Origin: an uncultured Acidobacteriaceae bacterium
GTDB lineage: Bacteria > Acidobacteriota > Terriglobia > Terriglobales > Acidobacteriaceae
Length of the DNA stretch: 64,000 nucleotides
Reading direction: 5' to 3'
Assembly (NCBI GenBank): GCA_963800045.1
Contig: CAWCZN010000003.1
Location: forward strand, 260,730 to 324,729
The position numbers and the translations under genes are program-made. This document shows, in pieces, positions 44,835 through 54,941 of this stretch (positions within the stretch are counted from its first letter, which is position 1; each line of letters begins with the position of its first letter). The notes beneath the pieces are model-generated. The model ran no database searches. It saw only the letters and a list, made by a program, of their open reading frames with translations, and had not been told where the DNA came from.

Positions 44835-46682
44835 ATGGTTGGACTGCAACGTCCCTCGACTACTCGCGCTGTTCTTTCATTGGGCAGTCCATTCCGGCGT
44901 TGGTTGCTGTTTGGTGCGATCGTCGTGAGTTGCCTCACAGCGTCAGCTGCTGACAATGCCCATACACTTTATGAGAAGGGTCGCGATGCAGAGGCCCGCC
45001 AGGACTACATCGCCGCCTACAACTACTACCATGCAGCCTATGAACAGTCGCCCAAAGACATAACTTACCGAGTCTCGTTTCAGCGAGCACGGTTTTACGC
45101 GGCGACTGCCTACGTCCATCATGGAGAGAACGACCAGCAGGCTGGACAGCTTCTCCAGGCTTTGGCGGACTACCAACGAGCGTTGTCTGTTGATCCTTCC
45201 AGCTTCATCGCGCAGCAGCTTCTAAACAGTGTTACCCAGGAACTAAGAAAAGAGGGCGAGAACAAAGACAGAACAACGAATGCGACAGAAGTTCCCGGCG
45301 AGACGCTTGAGGGGCCTGTCGAATTGAAAGCCATCGTCGCCACGCCCATCACTCTCAGTATGACGGAGGACGCCAAGGTCATTTTTCAGAGCCTGGGGAA
45401 ACTGGCTGGGATAAATGTCTTGTTCGATGCCGATTTCGCGCCACGCAGAGTCCATGTCGATCTCAACGGTGTCACGTTGCAGGAAGCTCTTGAAGTAGCG
45501 GCGATGCAATCTCGAGCATTCTGGCGCCCAGTGACGCGGAACACGATCTTCGTGGCCTCCGACACTCCGGCGAAACGCAAGGAACTGGAGCAAAACGTTG
45601 TTCGCACCTTCTACCTGTCGAGTCTGACCCAGCCCAACGAGCTTCAGGATGTGGTGAACCTCCTGCGAACACTCCTGGATACCCAGCGCCTTCAACAGTT
45701 TCCGGCTCAGCATGCCATTGTGATTAGAGGTACACCCGCGCAGATCTTGATGGCGAACGAGCTCATCAAAGATCTCGACAAGGCTCAGCCGGAAGTGGTC
45801 GTCGATGTCGTCATCATGCAGGTTTCGCGCGATACGCTAAAAGACGTCGGTATTAATCCCCCAACCAGCGTCAGTGCCAATCTCCAGAACAGTTCCACCT
45901 CTACGACCAGTAGTTCCAGTAGCAGCACCACAAGCTCAAGCTCGAGTACCAGCAGCACGACGACCGGCAGCATAAGTTTGAATACCCTCGGGAATCTTAA
46001 CGCCACAAACTTTCAACTTACGATTTCGGAAGCAACCGCCAGCTTCCTCTTCACCGATAGCAACAGCAAGATTTTGCAGCAACCGCAGCTTCGCTCGATC
46101 GATGGACAGAAAGCCAGCCTCAAGCTAGGTGAACGCGTACCCGTCGCAACCGGATCCTACACATCCGGCACCACATCGGCCAGTGCCTTGGTGAACACTC
46201 AGTTCAACTACATCGATGTTGGAGTGAATCTGGATATCACTCCTCTGGTGCTCAACGTTGACGATGTCATGTTGAAGATGTCGATTGACATATCAGCCGT
46301 CGACTCCTATCAGAATATCGGGGGCATTAACGAGCCGGTAATCGGACAACGCAAGATCGAACACGAAGTACAGCTCAAGAATGGTGAGGTGAGCCTGATC
46401 GGCGGACTATTGGAAGAGGATGAGATTCGCAATCTGAGCGGCTATCCTGGTCTCTCAAAGATACCCTTCCTGCGATACCTGTTTTCGGAGAATAAGAAGG
46501 AGTTGAAAGACAATGAACTGGTCTTCGTCGTGATCCCACATGTAGTCCGAATTCGTGAGATCGATAAGGCCAACACGCGCACGATCGACGTGGGCACTGC
46601 CACCACGATTCAGGTTCACAGTGGCTCACAAGGCGCCACTCAGGCGCAGCAGGGCGGCGACCATCCGCAGGATCAGCGCTGA
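44835..46682 (+). CDS. Secretin-family outer membrane channel (type II/III secretion system protein) with an N-terminal TPR-like region and a Ser/Thr-rich linker
   Basis: The C-terminal secretin core is PVIGQRKIEHEVQLKNGEVSLIGGLLEEDEIRNLSGYPGLSKIPFLRYLFS...ELVFVVIPHVV. Secretin N-domains include NGVTLQEALEVAAMQSRAFW and HAIVIRGTPAQILMANELIKDLD. The signal-like N-terminus is RRWLLFGAIVVSCLTASA. Confidence 0.85.
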   Translation: MVGLQRPSTTRAVLSLGSPFRRWLLFGAIVVSCLTASAADNAHTLYEKGRDAEARQDYIAAYNYYHAAYEQSPKDITYRVSFQRARFYAATAYVHHGENDQQAGQLLQALADYQRALSVDPSSFIAQQLLNSVTQELRKEGENKDRTTNATEVPGETLEGPVELKAIVATPITLSMTEDAKVIFQSLGKLAGINVLFDADFAPRRVHVDLNGVTLQEALEVAAMQSRAFWRPVTRNTIFVASDTPAKRKELEQNVVRTFYLSSLTQPNELQDVVNLLRTLLDTQRLQQFPAQHAIVIRGTPAQILMANELIKDLDKAQPEVVVDVVIMQVSRDTLKDVGINPPTSVSANLQNSSTSTTSSSSSSTTSSSSSTSSTTTGSISLNTLGNLNATNFQLTISEATASFLFTDSNSKILQQPQLRSIDGQKASLKLGERVPVATGSYTSGTTSASALVNTQFNYIDVGVNLDITPLVLNVDDVMLKMSIDISAVDSYQNIGGINEPVIGQRKIEHEVQLKNGEVSLIGGLLEEDEIRNLSGYPGLSKIPFLRYLFSENKKELKDNELVFVVIPHVVRIREIDKANTRTIDVGTATTIQVHSGSQGATQAQQGGDHPQDQR

Positions 46683-46738
46683 AGCTGAATCGCCGAAGCT
46701 TCCCAAGCGACGGCGCGGGAATCCATTCTCACTCGTTG

Positions 46739-47425
46739 TTACGCAGCAAACTTATAGCCTAAGCCAGGCACTGTGAGGATCAGGCCAGGGTTCTTCGGAT
46801 CATCCTCGATTTTGTGACGAAGGCTGAAGATATGAACGTCCAGGGTGCGAGTGTAGGTATCTGAATTGTAGCCCCATACATCTCGAAGAATGTCGCCGCG
46901 AGGTATCGTGACCCCCCTGTGCTGTAGCAGATAGCGCAAGAGTTGGAACTCTCGCGCGGAAAGAGGGACCAGATCGCCCTTCCGGAAGACAGCTGTCCCG
47001 CGAAGGTCAATTCTCACTGAACCGAACTGCTGCGTCATGTCGCCTTCACTGCAACTGCCAGCGGCACGACGTAAGAGCACCTCGATTCTGGTCGTGAGTT
47101 CCAGCATCTCAAAGGGCTTGACCAGATAGTCATCCGCTCCGAGTTTCAATCCTAGAATTTTATCGACCAGCTGGTCCCGTGCGGTCAGCATGAGAATCGG
47201 CGTTGTTCTTCCGGCCCTGCGGAGGTCACGGCAAACGTCGAATCCGTTCTTCCCGGGCATTGTCACATCAAGCACGATCAAGTCGTAGGTGCGGCTCACT
47301 GCTTCTTGATAGCCGCTGTTTCCATTGTCGGAAGCGCGGACTTTATAGCCTTCACCCTCCAATCGATCGGTTAAAGTGGTTCTAAGGTCCCTCTCGTCGT
47401 CAATTACCAATATGCTCCCGTTCAT
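46739..47425 (-). CDS. OmpR/PhoB-family response regulator
   Basis: ILVIDDERDLRTTL, DLIVLDVTMPGKNGFD, PILMLTAR, SAREFQLLRYLLQHRGVTIPRGDILRDVWGY and LTVPGLGYKF. It is very similar to the RR at 39291..40004. Confidence 0.9.
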   Translation of the reverse strand: MNGSILVIDDERDLRTTLTDRLEGEGYKVRASDNGNSGYQEAVSRTYDLIVLDVTMPGKNGFDVCRDLRRAGRTTPILMLTARDQLVDKILGLKLGADDYLVKPFEMLELTTRIEVLLRRAAGSCSEGDMTQQFGSVRIDLRGTAVFRKGDLVPLSAREFQLLRYLLQHRGVTIPRGDILRDVWGYNSDTYTRTLDVHIFSLRHKIEDDPKNPGLILTVPGLGYKFAA

Positions 47426-49263
47426 AATATTTCACTACCCGAAGCCATGAGGCTTTCATTTTGTATGCCTGCTTCATCGAGTGCTGGCAGTTGAATAGTG
47501 ACAGACGTTCCCTCGCCTCGTTGACTCACAAGGCTGATGTGTCCACCTGCTTCCTCTACGATACTTTTGGCCAGGGCAAGGCCTAGACCCGTTCCGTGGA
47601 TCGCTGAACCCGCCAGGTGTGCGCCTCGATAGAAAGGTTCGAAAACATGCTTGATGTCCTCAGGGCCGATACCCAGTCCGTGATCTTCTACAATAATGTT
47701 TAGTTCAGGCTTATCTTCAACATATCGCCTTGAGACGCTGACCCTAACCCACAGAGACTCGCCGCTGTACTTGATGGCGTTACCGATGACATTCTGCATG
47801 CACTGCGCCAGAGCTACGGGATCCGCCAAGACCATAGGAACATCTGGCTCATACTTACGAATCACGTATACATCTCTGTTGTTCAGGTTCGTAATGGCCT
47901 CTTCGATGAGGTCCGGAACCGATATTGGTTCGCGAGACAGCTGGATTCGGCGCTGATGACTTGCCGTGAACTGCAAGACCTGTTCAATCAGCATCATCAG
48001 CTGCTTTGCCTGGCGGTGGAGTAGTTCTCCGTACTGCGGAGCGCGACTATTCCGGTGAACAAGGCCGTCTTTCAAGTTCTCCGATGCCGCAAGGATGACC
48101 GAAACTGGCGTCCGCAGCTCATGAGTGACCCCAGCAACAAACCTCATCTGCATTTCCACCAGACTGCGTGCACGATGCGTCGCGACCAGTAGTACAGCCA
48201 AAGTCCCCGCCAATACGAAGAGTATTCCGAAGCTGACTGCCAGATTGCGTCTCCGCAGACGCGCAACGGCGGCCTCGAGCGATCCTCTCCGGTGCTCCGC
48301 CACCAGTTTCCAGTCGTCACGATCGAATCGAGTATCGGGCCCATCCGTGCGCAGCCAGTCGTCGAACTCGCCATCCGTACCGATCAGCTGTGGCAGTTGC
48401 AATTGAAGCGGGAAAAGCACGGGCTCACTACCCGCGTTCATACCTGGGGGTCCTCCCAGGCTCAAGGTGGCATCAGCGGCAGGAGGCAGCTTCGCAGGGA
48501 ACCCCGGTCGGGAGGAATAGATCACGGAAGGCAGGGTGGGCTCACCTCCGAGCACGGCAACATCGAAATCGAGAAGCCCGGAAACCGCGAATTGCTTCTG
48601 TACTAGCGCGGGAAACAGCTGTTCTCGAATGTTCTGAAGATCCAGGACAACGATCAGGAAGGACAGCCCAGAATGACGGCTCACATTATTCGGTTCAGTA
48701 ACGGGAGAGATCAGCGCGGGCACCGCCTCGTCGAGGATCCACATATTGCCACGGGGCGGCAGTGGCCAGGCACCTCGGACGCTCGGTATTCGTGGGTCAG
48801 GACTACGAGGTGAACCCGTGCGTAGTGCCGGGACTAGTGTCCGCCAGCGATTCAGACTTGCCGGCCACTTTACGTCTTCAAACTTGCCTGACTCGGGATT
48901 AAACTTCAACACCCGCGCGCTCTTCTCTCCGACGTCGAGCGCGACATAAACTGTGCTCACTAGGTTCCGACGTGAGGAGGTTTGCAGCCAGACCAGCAGT
49001 TGCTCGATGTAGTTCTTCGAATGTGCGATATCACGTGTGCCACCCGGAGGCCGAAGGCTAAAACCAATCTCGCCCAGGTCCCGCTCCAGATCCTGCCGAA
49101 AGCCTGCCATGGAACGCTGTAACTCGGCATGCATTCTGGCGCTCGCCGCCCGGCTGATCTCCTGAGTCCAGCGATACTGGAGAAGAGCCAAGAAGACTAG
49201 CATCACGGAAAGCACTGCTACTGCGGCAAGAAAAACCGCGTTTTGTGTGGTGGGCCGCTCCAT
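47422..49263 (-). CDS. Sensor histidine kinase with a large periplasmic/extracytoplasmic domain
   Basis: H-box VTHELRTPVSVILAASENL, N-box NVIGNAIKYSG, G-boxes VEDHGLGIGPED and GTGLGLALAKSIV. The two TM segments are AVFLAAVAVLSVMLVFLALL and VSFGILFVLAGTLAVLLV. The ATG at 49263 (MERPTT) is preferred over 49305. Confidence 0.87.
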   Translation of the reverse strand: MERPTTQNAVFLAAVAVLSVMLVFLALLQYRWTQEISRAASARMHAELQRSMAGFRQDLERDLGEIGFSLRPPGGTRDIAHSKNYIEQLLVWLQTSSRRNLVSTVYVALDVGEKSARVLKFNPESGKFEDVKWPASLNRWRTLVPALRTGSPRSPDPRIPSVRGAWPLPPRGNMWILDEAVPALISPVTEPNNVSRHSGLSFLIVVLDLQNIREQLFPALVQKQFAVSGLLDFDVAVLGGEPTLPSVIYSSRPGFPAKLPPAADATLSLGGPPGMNAGSEPVLFPLQLQLPQLIGTDGEFDDWLRTDGPDTRFDRDDWKLVAEHRRGSLEAAVARLRRRNLAVSFGILFVLAGTLAVLLVATHRARSLVEMQMRFVAGVTHELRTPVSVILAASENLKDGLVHRNSRAPQYGELLHRQAKQLMMLIEQVLQFTASHQRRIQLSREPISVPDLIEEAITNLNNRDVYVIRKYEPDVPMVLADPVALAQCMQNVIGNAIKYSGESLWVRVSVSRRYVEDKPELNIIVEDHGLGIGPEDIKHVFEPFYRGAHLAGSAIHGTGLGLALAKSIVEEAGGHISLVSQRGEGTSVTIQLPALDEAGIQNESLMASGSEIL

Positions 49264-49578
49264 ATCAACTGCCGACAGTGAGCAATGCCACGCACCGGAG
49301 CACATTGCCCACGTCCCGCGCGACGCCCCCTAGGGTCGAGTGGCACAGTTGCTCTAGAGCGGCCGTAGCAAAGAAGGATCAGTGCCGATCCGCGCATCCG
49401 AGTAGCGGTGCGTCATAGTGTCGGCTTCTCATCGTTCTTCGTTCTGCTGTGTATTCCGCATACACGGATGAAAGATTCCACAAATCATGTTAAGTCTGTG
49501 TAAAGTACGTTTCCTCCGGAAAGAAAAAGGCGACCGAAAGTCCCGGTCGCCTTTCTAACCAACCGCTTGAGGGGTGAG

Positions 49579-52500
49579 TTAGAACATCAATTTGCCTTGG
49601 AATTGAATAATCCGTCCGGAGGGCAGACCCGTCGCGAATGAACCGTATGGCCCGGTGGGAGGCGCAGTCGTGCTGGTGATCTGCCCGAACGACGAATCGC
49701 CAATTGTGCTGTCTGGGTTGGTGAAGTTCGGATGGTTGAAGACGTTGTAGAGATTGGCACCTAATCCGAACGCAAGCCGTTCGGTCAGCTTGAAGTTCTT
49801 GTTGACACTTAGGTCGGAGTCGAAGAAGCCAGGCCCGCGGTACGTGTTACGACGTTGGTTCGAAAAGCTCGAGAGCGAAATCCCCGTGTAGCCTGGGCTG
49901 CTGTAGATCGAGTTCAGGTTGCCTGTGGAGTCGATTGCAGCCGGCACGCACTGGCTGTTTCCGTTTGTGCATGAGCCCGTGACGTAGCTGTTGATATTGG
50001 CGACCGTGATGCTGGGTCCGTAGCCGCTGAGCGTCGTATAGCCGTCCATAATGGTGTACGGCAGTCCGCTGCGGGCGAAGAAATTCTGGGAGAGCGTCCA
50101 GCCGCCGATGGCGCCGTTGACGTACTTGTTACTAAACTTCCACGGCGTCTGCCATACGTAGCTGGCGCTGAAGTAGTTACGGATGTCATAGTCTGCATTG
50201 CTGTAGTTGTTGCAGCGCAAACAGTTCGGGTCGATCTGGTATTGGATCGACGAGTTGGCGTTGTAGTAGAGGCTGTACCCGCCGTTCGACACTTCATCGA
50301 TGGCATGCGACCAAGTGTAGTTCGCCTGAACCGAAAAGCCATAGGTCACGCGCTGGTTGTAGCTGGCGGTCAAGCCGTTATAGTTCGATACCCCGCTCGA
50401 CGTATATTGCTGCACCGTCCCGAACATCGCTGCCGTCTGTGTATTCGAGATTGCTCCTCCGAAGTAGTTGTTGGGATCGTAGGCATTCACACCCTCGTTC
50501 AACACAGGAATGTGTACACCATGGTTTCCAACATATCCCAACGAGATCGAGCTTTTGTCGCCGAGGGCCTGCTGAATGCCGAAGCTCCACTGCTCGTAGT
50601 AAGGAGTGTGAAATGTTCCCGCCTGCGAGTTGTACGAGGGCTTACGGCAGTTGGTGCCGTTGTAGCTCGAGACGTCGGCCCACGACGCACCCGAGGAGAA
50701 GCCGTTCTGGATCAGGCCCGCACATGCCGCCGCAGTTGCTTCCGTCGCCGGATCAGCCCAGGAGTAGCCGGACAGCCTCTCTTCGACCTCGTTCGGCAGG
50801 TTTGTCATCATATTGTCGCCCACGAGGCCGGCAAGCGCATCGTAGAAAATTCCAAAACCGCCGCGGACGACAGTTTTGTCGCTGCCGCCCGGGGACCACG
50901 CAAATCCGAATCGCGGCGCCAGGTTAACGGCGTCGGTGGAACTGTAGAGTTGGTGCCGGTAGCCGCTGATGATGGAGTCGTACGAAGTCGACGCGTCGCT
51001 GAGAGAGCCTGAAGCCGCGAGTGTGTAAAAGTTGGAGTCAAGAATCGATCCACAGTTTGTCTGGCACACGGGATTGGAGTTGTGTTCCAAGCGCAGAGCT
51101 AGAGTCAACTTTAGATTCTTGCTAACCTGCCATTCATCCTGCCCGTAGACACCGATTCCCCACATGGCCACCGGCTCGGAAGCATTTGTGGGGAAACGCT
51201 GGCGGTAGAGATAAGCATCGCCGGTATACAGCTCATTAATATCTAACATATATACCAATGGATTGTTGTAGGTGCTGAAGGCATAGTCCGAGATGTCGTA
51301 GCGTCGGAAATTTGCTCCCACCTTGAAGGAGTGAGATCCCTTGGTATACGAGAAATCATCTACGAACTGGTACTGCGTGACATTGCGTCCCTGCGGAAAT
51401 GCGTAGGTCTCACCTCCAACGCTAGTTAGGTCGAGACCGTAACCAAGAATGGTATACGGAAATGTGCTGGAGTCATTCTGCGTGAATATCGCCCGGTAGT
51501 AGCTGCCTGCATAAATAAACTGGTTTGTGGCATTCGGGCTGAATACGTGGTTCCACTGTCCCTGTCCATCGTACGATGGTTGGTAACTGGCCGCGCTAAA
51601 GTCGCTGCTGATTGGATCAGCATACGTTGCCTGCGTACCGTGGTCCATGCGAACCCGCCACCACAGATGGTCAGTGTCGGATAGGTTGTAGTCGACTCTT
51701 CCGCTCAGAATCCACTCCGATCCGGGAAGCGAAGGGTTGGCCTGGTACTGGGCAATACAGTTATCGTGCGTTAGGCCACCGATACCTTTCAGGGTTTTGC
51801 TGCCGGAATAATCACAGCTGTTGGCTACGAGACTGTTTTGGTTATATCCCGCAGCATTCTGGAACAGGCTGAAGTATTTCTGATACAGTCCGGAGTTATA
51901 CGCGGCGGTATCATTTGCTGCCAGGTAGGAGAGTGTTGCGTTCGCGAAGGTAGTTGTCGGCGCATACACTGTCTGCGTAGACGGAACGATGTAGCGCATT
52001 CCTTCGGTGTTCACGAAAAAGAAGAGTTTATCCTTCTTGATGGGACCACCGATTGAAGCAGCCCATTCATTATTGTTGGCAAAAGGTCGGGCAGTATTAT
52101 CTCGATTGTTGAACCAGTCGTTCGCGTCCATCGAACTTCCGGTCCACCAGTACTCCGCGTTGCCGTGGAATTGGTTGGTGCCCGACTTGGTTACGTAGTT
52201 CACCTGTGCGCCAGCCTGCTGTCCGTATTGTCCGGAATATGCATTGCTGATGACGGTAGCTTCCTGAACCTCATTCCTCCCCAGTGTAAGGTTGGTGGCA
52301 CCTGAGTTGTTAAGGTTCAGATACGGATCCATGTCATTCTCGCCATTTACGGTAAAGAGATTGGAAGTGGCGGGAAGACCATTGCTGCTAAAATTTCCAT
52401 AGCCCTGGCCTACATTCATAGTGATGCCGGGGGCGGTTTGGGCGACGTAGGTAAGATCATTGCCGCCGTTTGGTTGGTTGGTGATCAGGCTCTGGCCGAA

Positions 52501-52920
52501 ATTAGTGGAAAGGTCTGCGTTATCTGCCTGCACTAACGGAGCCGCTGATGAAACTTCTACGGTTTGAGAAGCGGCTCCGACAGTCATCTTGAGATCACTG
52601 ATTGCGGTTTGACCGACGGCAACTGTCACCTGAGTTTCTGACTTACTGAATCCCGCAGCCGTGACGGTGATGGTGTAGGTCCCTGGCGTGAGCAGGGAGA
52701 AACGATACGTCCCGTTCGACAGAGTTGTGGTAGTCCTGCCTGCACCCGTTGCATTATTCTTAAGCGCGACTGAGGCCCCGGACAACACTGCTCCGCTTGG
52801 ATCTACAACAGTGCCGGTCAGGTCGCCAGAGATCAGGGATTGTGCAGCCAGCAACGGGATCAGTACTGTGGCACAAAGACACATTATGGCCGCCACTACG
52901 ATCCATCGCTTCAGTTTCAT
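49579..52920 (-). CDS. TonB-dependent receptor with an N-terminal carboxypeptidase-regulatory-like domain
   Basis: Signal peptide [28 protein letters not shown]. The CarboxypepD_reg-like domain is [24 protein letters not shown]...[23 protein letters not shown] long beta-barrel ends in ...IQFQGKLMF. This is the typical acidobacterial TBDR architecture. Confidence 0.9.
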   Translation of the reverse strand: MKLKRWIVVAAIMCLCATVLIPLLAAQSLISGDLTGTVVDPSGAVLSGASVALKNNATGAGRTTTTLSNGTYRFSLLTPGTYTITVTAAGFSKSETQVTVAVGQTAISDLKMTVGAASQTVEVSSAAPLVQADNADLSTNFGQSLITNQPNGGNDLTYVAQTAPGITMNVGQGYGNFSSNGLPATSNLFTVNGENDMDPYLNLNNSGATNLTLGRNEVQEATVISNAYSGQYGQQAGAQVNYVTKSGTNQFHGNAEYWWTGSSMDANDWFNNRDNTARPFANNNEWAASIGGPIKKDKLFFFVNTEGMRYIVPSTQTVYAPTTTFANATLSYLAANDTAAYNSGLYQKYFSLFQNAAGYNQNSLVANSCDYSGSKTLKGIGGLTHDNCIAQYQANPSLPGSEWILSGRVDYNLSDTDHLWWRVRMDHGTQATYADPISSDFSAASYQPSYDGQGQWNHVFSPNATNQFIYAGSYYRAIFTQNDSSTFPYTILGYGLDLTSVGGETYAFPQGRNVTQYQFVDDFSYTKGSHSFKVGANFRRYDISDYAFSTYNNPLVYMLDINELYTGDAYLYRQRFPTNASEPVAMWGIGVYGQDEWQVSKNLKLTLALRLEHNSNPVCQTNCGSILDSNFYTLAASGSLSDASTSYDSIISGYRHQLYSSTDAVNLAPRFGFAWSPGGSDKTVVRGGFGIFYDALAGLVGDNMMTNLPNEVEERLSGYSWADPATEATAAACAGLIQNGFSSGASWADVSSYNGTNCRKPSYNSQAGTFHTPYYEQWSFGIQQALGDKSSISLGYVGNHGVHIPVLNEGVNAYDPNNYFGGAISNTQTAAMFGTVQQYTSSGVSNYNGLTASYNQRVTYGFSVQANYTWSHAIDEVSNGGYSLYYNANSSIQYQIDPNCLRCNNYSNADYDIRNYFSASYVWQTPWKFSNKYVNGAIGGWTLSQNFFARSGLPYTIMDGYTTLSGYGPSITVANINSYVTGSCTNGNSQCVPAAIDSTGNLNSIYSSPGYTGISLSSFSNQRRNTYRGPGFFDSDLSVNKNFKLTERLAFGLGANLYNVFNHPNFTNPDSTIGDSSFGQITSTTAPPTGPYGSFATGLPSGRIIQFQGKLMF

Positions 52921-53271
52921 ATAGTCTCTCCTCATAACAGATCTGCGGATATGCCACGGATTGTGGCGTCTAACGCCGATGTTCCAGACGCAATGCGTTT
53001 TACTCGCTCCTCGAGGTCATGGATAAGACCATGAACTCTCTAAGACCGAGTTCACGTGAAGTTTGTTATGAGCCGCCGTTCATCGTCGACGGATCGCCTA
53101 CAGTTCACGCTTGCTACCAGGCAAATGAGACCACAGATCGCAGCGAACAACGATCAAATGTAGGTAAGGTGTGTGTTAAGGCCACCCCGCGAGCAGAACA
53201 CGACGGGCTTTCTGCAAATTCTGATCAAATAACTAGCGGACGGTCACAGGACGACTCTTATCGAGGCGGCT

Positions 53272-53718
53272 ATGCTCCTGAATCAGGAAGAACTTGTGAG
53301 TCTCCGGAGGAGGTATGGGTACGATACTGGCTGCGACAAAGCGATATTACAAGGCAAACGAATAGCTGTCCGCGCTTTCGATTGTGATAATTACCGTCGG
53401 TGCAAGCAGAAATGTGCGGATTTCGCCAAAACGAGAGAGCCTTTCATCGGCACAGGCTACGAGAAAGGCGCACTGCCACGAATTCTTTTCGTGTCTCTCG
53501 ATCCAGGTCACGCAAGCAAGCACGCCAGCGAAAGAACCGCTGAAGCCCATCGACTGTGGGATCGCTGCGGACTGCTGCCGAAAGAACCGTTAGGTGTCAC
53601 GCATCTCGACATCCTGTTCTTGGTGTCAATCGGTTTGGCTATCTCGCGGCAGGATCCTTGTCCGAATTCTACACGGGGGGAAGCTGGAAACGGGGCCGCT
53701 CATTGCAAGCTCCTCTAG
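53272..53718 (+). CDS. Hypothetical protein, possibly truncated
   Basis: 148-aa ORF with a plausible-looking N-terminal two thirds (CDNYRRCKQKCADF...PFIGTGYEKGALPRILFVSLDPG) but an odd tail. It overlaps the convergent desulfurase gene by 4 nt. I recognise no family. Confidence 0.25.
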   Translation: MLLNQEELVSLRRRYGYDTGCDKAILQGKRIAVRAFDCDNYRRCKQKCADFAKTREPFIGTGYEKGALPRILFVSLDPGHASKHASERTAEAHRLWDRCGLLPKEPLGVTHLDILFLVSIGLAISRQDPCPNSTRGEAGNGAAHCKLL

Positions 53719-54932
53719 TGAACACCAGTAGCGGCAGCAGGTTTCAGCGCATTGTTAGAACGTCCTCGCGCCCAGGATGCGATGTCTGTCATGGCAGCAA
53801 TCGCCGTATCGATTTCTTTCTCGGTGTTGAAGGCGCCGATTGAGAAGCGCACGCCGCCATCGCGTTCGAAGGTTCCAAGTTGCTTATGGACTAGCGGAGC
53901 GCAGTGCAGACCCGTGCGGGTCGCGATATTGTAGTCGACATCGAGCATGACGCCGACGTCGCCTGGGTCGACGCCTTCGAGGTTCATCAGCAGCGTAGGC
54001 AGATGACTCTCCAGAGTGCCGCAGCAATAGAGTTCGACGCCTTCGATCTTGCGGAAGCCCTCGGCCAATCTCTGCGCCAACTTCATCTCCTGCTGGTGCA
54101 CGCGATCTACGCCGTGCTCATCGAGCCAATCCTGTCCGGCCCAAAGCGACGCGATGCCGACGAGGTTAGGCGTTCCATATTCCAAACGCCACGGATATTC
54201 CTCAAGGTGGTAGGGATAAGCGGAGTGCACGCCGGTACCGCCGCTGCGCACCTGCTTAATCTCGACGTGCTTGCGAATGCAGAGCCCACCGATGCCCATA
54301 CTTCCCATCAGCGCCTTGTGCCCGGTGAAAGCCACGACGTCGATATTCATCTCGCGCATGTCGATCGGTATGACCCCGGCGGTCTGAGCGGTGTCGAGGA
54401 CGAAAGTGATGCCACGCTCCCGGCACAGCCTGCCAATCTCCGCTACCGGTTGTACCGTGCCAATCACGTTGGATCCATGATTGACGATGACAAGTTTGGT
54501 ATTCGGGCGCATGGCGCGGGCGATATCGTCAGGATCGACGAAACCGCTGCTGTCGAAGCGGACATACGTCGCCTCGGCTCCATGATCGCGCACCATGTGG
54601 TTCACGGGACGGATCACCGAGTTGTGTTCGAGGTTGGTAATGATGATGTGGTCGCCGCGCGAGATCAGGCCCGGGATGACGAGATTCAAGGCGTCGGTGA
54701 CGTTGTAGCTGAAGACCAGGCGGTCGGAGGCATCTTCATCGCCTCCAAAGAATTTCGTCATGCGCTTGCGCAGGCGATCCAGCAGCGAACCGGTCTCCAT
54801 CGCCAGGTCATATCCGCTGCGGCCGGGATTGACGCCGTGCGTGCGATAGAACTCGTCCATGAAGCGGTAAACCTGCTCGGGTTTCGGCCACCCGGTTGCG
54901 GCGTTATCGAAATAGATCAGCTGGTCTTCCAT
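53715..54932 (-). CDS. Cysteine desulfurase-family class V aminotransferase (SufS/CsdA-like, group II)
   Basis: YFDNAATGWP, NLEHNSV, AFTGHKALMGSMGIGGL (PLP-Lys context) and ATRTGLHCAP (active-site Cys). 405 aa. The start lies 9 nt after the dsrK-like stop. Confidence 0.88.
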   Translation of the reverse strand: MEDQLIYFDNAATGWPKPEQVYRFMDEFYRTHGVNPGRSGYDLAMETGSLLDRLRKRMTKFFGGDEDASDRLVFSYNVTDALNLVIPGLISRGDHIIITNLEHNSVIRPVNHMVRDHGAEATYVRFDSSGFVDPDDIARAMRPNTKLVIVNHGSNVIGTVQPVAEIGRLCRERGITFVLDTAQTAGVIPIDMREMNIDVVAFTGHKALMGSMGIGGLCIRKHVEIKQVRSGGTGVHSAYPYHLEEYPWRLEYGTPNLVGIASLWAGQDWLDEHGVDRVHQQEMKLAQRLAEGFRKIEGVELYCCGTLESHLPTLLMNLEGVDPGDVGVMLDVDYNIATRTGLHCAPLVHKQLGTFERDGGVRFSIGAFNTEKEIDTAIAAMTDIASWARGRSNNALKPAAATGVH

Positions 54933-54941
54933 CGCTGCACC

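Noticed and set aside
45891-45971. Ser/Thr tract as a slippage-prone simple sequence repeat or phase-variation switch
   Set aside because: The codons are mixed (AGT, AGC, TCT, TCA, ACC, ACG, ACA) with no perfect short tandem unit. This is a low-complexity protein linker rather than a contingency repeat.
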